The notes beneath the pieces are model-generated. The model saw only the letters and a program-made list of their open reading frames with translations. It was not told the origin of the DNA and searched no databases. Shown piece after piece: positions 51,010 through 56,489 of a stretch of 56,489 nucleotides of DNA. This DNA comes from Oryzihumus sp. (GTDB lineage Bacteria > Actinomycetota > Actinomycetes > Actinomycetales > Dermatophilaceae), in the NCBI RefSeq assembly GCF_036391795.1, contig NZ_DASVZH010000041.1:1-56489 (forward strand). The letters run 5' to 3'. The translations under genes and the position numbers were made by a program. Every line of letters starts with the position of its first letter. The stretch's first letter is position 1.

Positions 51010-52785
51010 TCACCGCCGGACACGGCGGTGCGATGAGTCCACGCGCTCCGTCCAGCCGCGGCTGTCGCAGTGCTCGAGCAGGGGCACCGCGACCCGACGG
51101 GTCGTGCCGAGCGCCACGCGTGCTTCGCTGAGGGTGAACGGCTGCGGGAGTGCCGCGAGGGCCCGCATCGCCCGCGCCGGGGCGTCGGGCAGCAGGACCA
51201 CGTCCTCACCGAGGCGCAGCAGCCGTCCGGCACGCTCGGCGGCGGCCAGCTGCCGGGGCCCCAGGCCCAGCTCCTCCAGGTCAGGGCGCTCCGGGGCCGC
51301 GAAGGGGTCCGCGCGCAGGCGCTGCTCCAGGTCCTGCAGCCCGGGCTCGGCCGGGCCCAGTGACGGCACGACCCCGGGGCGGGTGAGCCGGCCCCCACGC
51401 AGCTGCAGGCCGGCGGCCTCCGCCAGCGGCGGCACCAGGGTGACGTCGGGAAGTGCCACCTCCCGCCGGGCGGCCTCGGTGGGCACCGCGGGGTCGAGGG
51501 GGTGGGCGCGGGCCCACTCATCGACGACCGTCCCGAGTCTGTGCGCCCAGGCCAGCCACGCGCCGTCGTCGACCAGCCACCCGCCGCGGCGGTGCACCCC
51601 CGGGGGCAGCGATGCCTGACCCACGGCCGCTCCCAGGCCCAGACCGGTCAGGTCCGACTCCGGCAGGGCGCCACGGCGACGGACCTCAGCGGCAAGATCG
51701 GGGCGCGTTGCCGACTCGCCGAGCTCCAGGGCGCGCTCGCGCGCAGCGCCGCGCCGACGCAGGAGCGGCGGGTCGACGTCCAGCACCACCACGGCGGCGG
51801 CCACGGCGTGCCGGCCGGGGTCACGCAGGATCGCCCGGTCCCCGGCCACCAGCGGCAGGGGCCGGGCCAGGGACAGCCGGACGGTGTCGCCGCCCAGGGC
51901 CCGGAGCCGGACCGGCACCGATGCCGTCCCGAGGTGCAGGACCAGGTGCGCGGGCAGGGCGGGCGGGTCGATGCCGGTCAGCCGGGCGTCCACGACGTCG
52001 GTCAGCGGCCATGCCTCGGGCGTGAGCAGGGCGTCGCCGCGACCGACGTCCTCGCGAGCGACAGCGCGCAGGTTGACGGCCACGCGGGCCACCGCCTCGA
52101 CCCGCTCCTGCGACCGCCCCAAGCTCTGAAGCCCGCGCACCCGCAGCCGGCGGCCACCGAGCTCGAGCTCGTCACCGACCGCGAGCGAGCCGGCCCCCAA
52201 CGTCCCCGTGACGACTGTGCCGCTGCCCCGGACGGTGAAGCTGCGGTCGACCCACAGCCGCACCCGGCCGGAGTGCTCCGGCGCCGGGAGCCGGTCGACG
52301 AGCCGTTGCAGCGCGGCGTGCAGGTCGGGCAGCCCTTCGCCGGTGACGCCCGAGACGGCCACCGCCTCGGCCTGGCCCACGCTGGTGGCGCGCAACCGGT
52401 CCTGGGCCTCGGCGGTGGCGGGCGCGGGGTCGGCCAGGTCGCTGCGCGTCACGACGAGCAGACCGTGCTGCAGGCCCAGTGCGTCGATGGCGGCGAGGTG
52501 CTCGGTGGACTGCCGCCGCCACCCCTCGTCGGCCGCGACGACGAACATCACCGCCGGCGCGGGTCCGAGGCCGGCGAGCATGTTGCCGATGAAGCGCTCG
52601 TGACCGGGGACGTCGACGAACGCGAGCATCGCCCCGCTCGGCAGCCGGGTCCACGCGTAGCCGAGGTCGATGGTCATCCCGCGGCGGCGCTCCTCGGCCC
52701 ACCGGTCGGGCTCCATGCCGGTCAGCGCACGCACCAGGGTGGACTTGCCGTGGTCTACGTGGCCGGCGGTGGCGACGACGTGCAC
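51010..52785 (-). CDS. selB: Selenocysteine-specific elongation factor
   Basis: ATAGHVDHGKST, RGMTIDLG, VDVPGHERF, C-terminal winged helix TTRRVAVPLLEH; 1-nt overlap with selA. Confidence 0.93.
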   Translation of the reverse strand: MHVVATAGHVDHGKSTLVRALTGMEPDRWAEERRRGMTIDLGYAWTRLPSGAMLAFVDVPGHERFIGNMLAGLGPAPAVMFVVAADEGWRRQSTEHLAAIDALGLQHGLLVVTRSDLADPAPATAEAQDRLRATSVGQAEAVAVSGVTGEGLPDLHAALQRLVDRLPAPEHSGRVRLWVDRSFTVRGSGTVVTGTLGAGSLAVGDELELGGRRLRVRGLQSLGRSQERVEAVARVAVNLRAVAREDVGRGDALLTPEAWPLTDVVDARLTGIDPPALPAHLVLHLGTASVPVRLRALGGDTVRLSLARPLPLVAGDRAILRDPGRHAVAAAVVVLDVDPPLLRRRGAARERALELGESATRPDLAAEVRRRGALPESDLTGLGLGAAVGQASLPPGVHRRGGWLVDDGAWLAWAHRLGTVVDEWARAHPLDPAVPTEAARREVALPDVTLVPPLAEAAGLQLRGGRLTRPGVVPSLGPAEPGLQDLEQRLRADPFAAPERPDLEELGLGPRQLAAAERAGRLLRLGEDVVLLPDAPARAMRALAALPQPFTLSEARVALGTTRRVAVPLLEHCDSRGWTERVDSSHRRVRR

Positions 52786-54068
52786 TAGCGCTGGACCGCC
52801 TCGATCGCCTTGCGCAGCAACACGTCTGCGCTCTGCGGCACACAGCGGAGGTCGACGAGACAGCGGTCCCGCTCGACCCGGCACACCACTGCCGGATCGC
52901 CCACGCGCAGCGGCTCGGCGAGGGCCGCGGGCAGGGCGACCGCCCACCCCGGCAGCGCCACCCCGGGGGCCCCGCCCCCGCCCACCGCGCCGTCGGAGGG
53001 GACCACCTCGCCGCCGACCGCGTCGCAGAGTGCCTCGGCGCGCCGCCGCAGGGCTGCCGGGTCCGCATGCACGTATCGCGCGGTCGGGGTGAGGGGGCCC
53101 CGCACCGTGGCCTCGAGCGCGGCGAGCGTGAGCTTGTCGACGCGCAGCGCCCGGGCCAGCGGGTGCCGGCGCAGCCGCTCGACGAGGTCGCCACGGCCCA
53201 GGACGAGCCCGGCCTGCGGGCCGCCGAGCAGCTTGTCCCCGCTGCAGGTCACCAGGTCGGCGCCCGCCGCCAGGGTAGAGGCTGCGTCCGGCTCCCCGGG
53301 CAGCATCGGGTCGGGGGACAGCAGGCCGGAGCCGATGTCGACCACGACCGGCACGCCCAGGCCACGGAGGCTGCCCACGTCAACGGAGGAGGTGAAGCCC
53401 TCGACCCGGAAGTTGCTGGGGTGCACCTTGAGGATGCAGCCGGTGTCGGGCCCAACGGCCTCGGCGTAGTCGCGCAGGGCCGTGCGATTGGTGGTGCCGA
53501 CCTCCCGCAGCCTGGCACCTGTCGACGCGATGAGGTCCGGCAGGCGGAACCCGTCGCCGATCTCGACCATCTCGCCCCGGCTGACGACGACCTCACGGCC
53601 GGCCGCCAGGGCGGTGGTGGCCAGGACCAGCGCAGCGGCCCCGTTGTTGACGACCAGCACGTCCTCGGCGGCGGGGACCGCCAGGCGCACGGCAGCGAGG
53701 GTGCCCCGCCCGCGGCGCGCGCGCCGCCCGGTGGCGACGTCGTACTCCACGTCGACGTAGCCGGCGGCGGCCCCGACGGCCGCCAGGGCTGCCTCCGACA
53801 GGGGCGCCCGCCCGAGGTTGGTGTGCAGCACCACCCCCGTGGCGTTGAGCACCTGCCGCAGGCTCGTCGCGTGTGCCGGAAGGGCCGCCACGGCAGCGTC
53901 GGCCACCTGCTCCGGGTCGATCTCGCCGGCGCGGGCCCGCCCCTGGGCGAGCCGGACCGCGTCCCTCACGGTGTCGCCGCCCAGCTGCTCGGCGGCGGCC
54001 GCCAGCCGCGGGTCGGCCAGCACGACGTCGGTGCGCGGCACCCGTCGGCGGGGGTCGGTCGACGTCAC
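52785..54068 (-). CDS. selA: L-seryl-tRNA(Sec) selenium transferase
   Basis: LNATGVVLHTNLGRAPL, VNNGAAA, EIGDGFR, EVGTTNRT, KVHPSNF, SGDKLLGGPQAG (PLP Lys); TAGGAT lies 7 nt upstream. Confidence 0.95.
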   Translation of the reverse strand: MTSTDPRRRVPRTDVVLADPRLAAAAEQLGGDTVRDAVRLAQGRARAGEIDPEQVADAAVAALPAHATSLRQVLNATGVVLHTNLGRAPLSEAALAAVGAAAGYVDVEYDVATGRRARRGRGTLAAVRLAVPAAEDVLVVNNGAAALVLATTALAAGREVVVSRGEMVEIGDGFRLPDLIASTGARLREVGTTNRTALRDYAEAVGPDTGCILKVHPSNFRVEGFTSSVDVGSLRGLGVPVVVDIGSGLLSPDPMLPGEPDAASTLAAGADLVTCSGDKLLGGPQAGLVLGRGDLVERLRRHPLARALRVDKLTLAALEATVRGPLTPTARYVHADPAALRRRAEALCDAVGGEVVPSDGAVGGGGAPGVALPGWAVALPAALAEPLRVGDPAVVCRVERDRCLVDLRCVPQSADVLLRKAIEAVQR

Positions 54069-54217
54069 GTCGTCGATCCTACGGTCGGCGCGAGGCGTCG
54101 GCACGGGGTCTGTGGGGGCGGAGGTGTTCGCGAAACAACCAAGCAGCAGGTCAGCGCACATCTGCAAATGGAGCACGCAGCTGACTGCACACGGGCAACG
54201 AAAATCTTGCACAATCA

Positions 54218-54245
54218 TGGCGGAGGCCGCGGGTTCGATTCCGCC
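54218..54245 (-). other. Degenerate tRNA 3'-end fragment (Sec/Ser-like), probable att-site remnant
   Basis: Minus strand GGCGGAATCGAACCCGCGGCCTCCGCCA: T-arm-like stem, G discriminator and CCA, with no 5' half. Confidence 0.5.
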
Positions 54246-54334
54246 GTGCGTAGTGCGGAGGTAGCAACAGAAGATTCGGCTTCTGGTCGCCTGAGGTGGA
54301 TGCGAGGATGTGCCAGTCCAGCGAAGGGGGGATC

Positions 54335-54784
54335 GTGGCCGAGGACTGCCTGGTCTGTCAGGAACACCGGCTCGAAGTTCCGCTGCCGGGTGACCATCTG
54401 GTGGAGGCCGAGGACGTGGTGGCCTTTCACCTTCCACCCTGGCCTCCTGCGGACGACGTCTATCTCGGCTACCTCATGCTGACGCCGCGCCGTCACGTGG
54501 CCGGGTTCGCTGATCTGGGCGAGGGAGAATCCGCGGCCGTCGGCCGGTACATCTCGCGCCTCAGCCGAGCGCTCAGAACCCTCGGTGCGGAACGTGTCTA
54601 CCTGGCTGTCGTGGGCCATGGCGTGCCTCACCTCCACATCCACCTGATCCCGCGATGGCCAGGCACCCCTGCAGACGTTTCCTGGTTACACGTCGACGAC
54701 TGGGAAGGCGCGCGTCGAGGGGACTTCGCCGCGGCCGAGGTGATGGCCGGGCAGATCCGCGCCGCGCTGCATGCCCGCACGTAA
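54335..54784 (+). CDS. HIT family protein
   Basis: CLVC zinc site, VPHLHIHLIPR histidine triad; alternative ATG at 54308. Confidence 0.85.
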   Translation: MAEDCLVCQEHRLEVPLPGDHLVEAEDVVAFHLPPWPPADDVYLGYLMLTPRRHVAGFADLGEGESAAVGRYISRLSRALRTLGAERVYLAVVGHGVPHLHIHLIPRWPGTPADVSWLHVDDWEGARRGDFAAAEVMAGQIRAALHART

Positions 54785-54828
54785 CGGCCTGTCTGCAGCG
54801 AAGAAGCCTGCACACTCTTCGCGGCATG

Positions 54829-55019
54829 TCAGTGCTTTAGGAGGCTGCGGCAGGCGTTGGTGACGACGCGCACCCAGATGTCGGGGTCAGTGGCCCAGAA
54901 GTCATGAGGGACGTCAGCGACGCTGCTGAAGGCGCCCGACGGCACAAGTTGAGCCAACTGTTCCAGTGGCCATGAGGGCCGGATGTCGAGGCCCGCCGCG
55001 ATGAAGATCATCGGTAGTC
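54829..55019 (-). pseudogene. C-terminal fragment of an alpha/beta-hydrolase-like gene abutting the IS
   Basis: PMIFIAAGLDIRPSWP...VPHDFW resembles the acid/His end of a hydrolase fold; the frame closes shortly upstream even with the IS removed. Confidence 0.45.
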
Positions 55020-55058
55020 GGGCCTTACCCCCGGATCTTGGACACGCGGTGTGTTTGA

Positions 55059-55955
55059 TTACGCGGCTTCGGCGAGGGTAGCCGCGAGCTGGTTCTCGTA
55101 GGCGTTCGGGGAGAGGTGGCCGCAGTAGGAGTGGCGTCTCTTGGTGTTGTAGCGGGTGGCCCAGCGGAAGATCTCCCGGCGGCAGGCGGCCTCGTCGGTG
55201 AAGGCCGCTGCCCCGGCGAGGGTCTCCCGCTTCAAGGTCGCGTTGAAGGACTCCGCGAGGGCGTTGTCCGCGCTCGACCCGACCCCGCCCAGGGACTGGG
55301 CCACTCCGAGCTGCTTGCAGAGCCTGGCGAGGTCCTTGGACGTGTACTGGGCTCCGTGGTCCGCGTGGAAGATCGCCCCTCGGAGCGAGCCTCGGTCGGC
55401 CAGCGTGGCCTTGAGAGCGTCGGTGACCAGGTCGGTGCGCATGTGGTCGGCGATCGCCCAGCCGGCGAGCTTGCGCGAGCAGCAGTCGATGACCGTGGCC
55501 AGGTAGAGGTTGCTCCCGTCGGTCAGCGGGAGGTAGGTGATGTCGCCGACGTACTTCGTGTTCGGCGTCTCGGCGGTGAAGTCCCGCTTCAGCACGTCAG
55601 GCACCTTCTCGTCGGAGGGCTCGGGGATGGTGGTCCGGACGCGACGGCGCAGCCGGATCCCGGCGATGCCGTGCTCGGCCATCACCCGTGCGACCCGCTT
55701 GTGGTTGAGCCGGTCCTCGGCGGGTGCGCCGTCGTTGAGCTCGGCGGTGATCCGCGGCGCTCCGTAGGCTTTGTCGGCCTCGTGCACCACCCGGATCCGG
55801 TCCGCCAGCTGCTCATCGACAGCGGCCCGCTCAGCCCGCACAGGTGCAGCGGCGTCCCAGGCGTAGAACGAGGACCGGTTGACCTCGATGACCTCGCACA
55901 GCCGCTTCACCTCGAAGGTGTCTTGGTGGTCGGCGACGAACTGGAAGCGGCTCAC
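55059..55955 (-). CDS. IS3 transposase OrfB (DDE integrase core)
   Basis: YGAPRI, YVGDITY, YLATVID, FHADHGAQY, DNALAESFN.TLKRE, YNTKRRHS. Confidence 0.95.
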   Translation of the reverse strand: MSRFQFVADHQDTFEVKRLCEVIEVNRSSFYAWDAAAPVRAERAAVDEQLADRIRVVHEADKAYGAPRITAELNDGAPAEDRLNHKRVARVMAEHGIAGIRLRRRVRTTIPEPSDEKVPDVLKRDFTAETPNTKYVGDITYLPLTDGSNLYLATVIDCCSRKLAGWAIADHMRTDLVTDALKATLADRGSLRGAIFHADHGAQYTSKDLARLCKQLGVAQSLGGVGSSADNALAESFNATLKRETLAGAAAFTDEAACRREIFRWATRYNTKRRHSYCGHLSPNAYENQLAATLAEAA

Positions 55956-56284
55956 CAGTTCGTCTCCCCAGCGAAATACTTGGCCGCCTGACGAAGGATC
56001 GACTTCTCGGTCTCGATCTTCGCCTTCTCCGCCCGCAGCTGGGCGTTCTCGGCCTCGAGCCGGGCGACCCTCTCGGCCTGGGTCTCGGGCCTGCCCGTCG
56101 GCGTCCGCGCGCTGCTGATCGGGGCAGTCGTTGAACCCGTGCCGAACGTCTTGACCCAGTCCGACAAGGTGCCTCGGGAGATCCCGAGATCGTCGGCGAT
56201 GCCCCGCAACGTGGCACCCGGGGTGGACTCGTACAGCTCAACGGCCTGCCGACGGAACTCGTCGGTGTAGTTCTTCCTGGCCAT
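55952..56284 (-). CDS. IS3 transposase OrfA (HTH and leucine zipper)
   Basis: MARKNYTDEFRRQAV...IADDLGIS..TL..WV...LEAENAQLR...ILRQAAKYF. Confidence 0.93.
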   Translation of the reverse strand: MARKNYTDEFRRQAVELYESTPGATLRGIADDLGISRGTLSDWVKTFGTGSTTAPISSARTPTGRPETQAERVARLEAENAQLRAEKAKIETEKSILRQAAKYFAGETNW

Positions 56285-56489
56285 GGACAGGATCTTCTCG
56301 CTTCCCCAGCACGATGCTGGATTCAGCGTGTCCAAGATCCGGGTCAAGCCCCGTCCTCGGAGCCGCCGTGGCGCTGCGGCTCAAGCCCCGCCGGATGCTG
56401 CGTGCTGGGTGGGCGACCTTGCCCCCGATGACGCTCTGGGTGCTTGCCTATGTCGTACCCGGCACCCTCAGTGCCGTTCTGGCTGGCGC

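Larger units (their letters stand above)
55020..56352 (-). mobile_element. IS3-family insertion sequence, 1333 bp, with terminal IRs and a 3-bp GTC target duplication
   Basis: IRs GGGCCTTACCCCCGGATCTTGGACACGC / GGGGCTTGACCCGGATCTTGGACACGC; GTC at 55017-55019 and 56353-56355. Confidence 0.92.

Noticed and set aside
54085-54300. Full tRNA-Sec (selC) next to selA
   Set aside because: Only a degenerate 3' fragment is visible; there is no D arm, UCA anticodon loop or long variable arm.
54829-56400. An intact hydrolase gene simply split by IS3
   Set aside because: Rejoining the flanks at GTC gives an in-frame TGA about 12 codons upstream of the fragment's Met, so the gene was already truncated.

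Overview
This 56.5 kb window is high-GC actinobacterial chromosome; the gene content suggests Micrococcales or Intrasporangiaceae (inference). It holds about 60 mostly core genes: an ECF sigma/anti-sigma pair, adh and xfp-ackA, trxA, a permease and malic enzyme, two SF2 helicases, a ferric-reductase/FMN-binding pair, tyrosine catabolism (hppD, hmgA, fahA), pncA-pncB/clpS, murI-MBL-rph-rdgB, two tandem arfB paralogues, a SigB/SigF-type stress cluster (F420 LLM, sigma, CsbD, CYP152-like P450) and selA-selB. The right edge looks foreign: a degenerate tRNA 3' end, a HIT gene, a hydrolase fragment and a complete IS3-family element with a 3-bp target duplication. Five signals are not explained by these genes. 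(1) The non-palindromic octamer CGGCATAC/GTATGCCG occurs at least 27 times on both strands and in all six coding phases, often using rare codons, and is absent from the last 7.8 kb. (2) An AbiEi/DUF559-like nuclease gene is bracketed by two inverted copies of a ~44-bp palindrome. (3) One ArfB paralogue has a largely neutralised C-terminal tail. (4) A ~190-nt multi-stem leader precedes the DEAD-box helicase. (5) An unknown gene in the homogentisate cluster may replace the missing isomerase. All calls were made by eye and no databases were searched.
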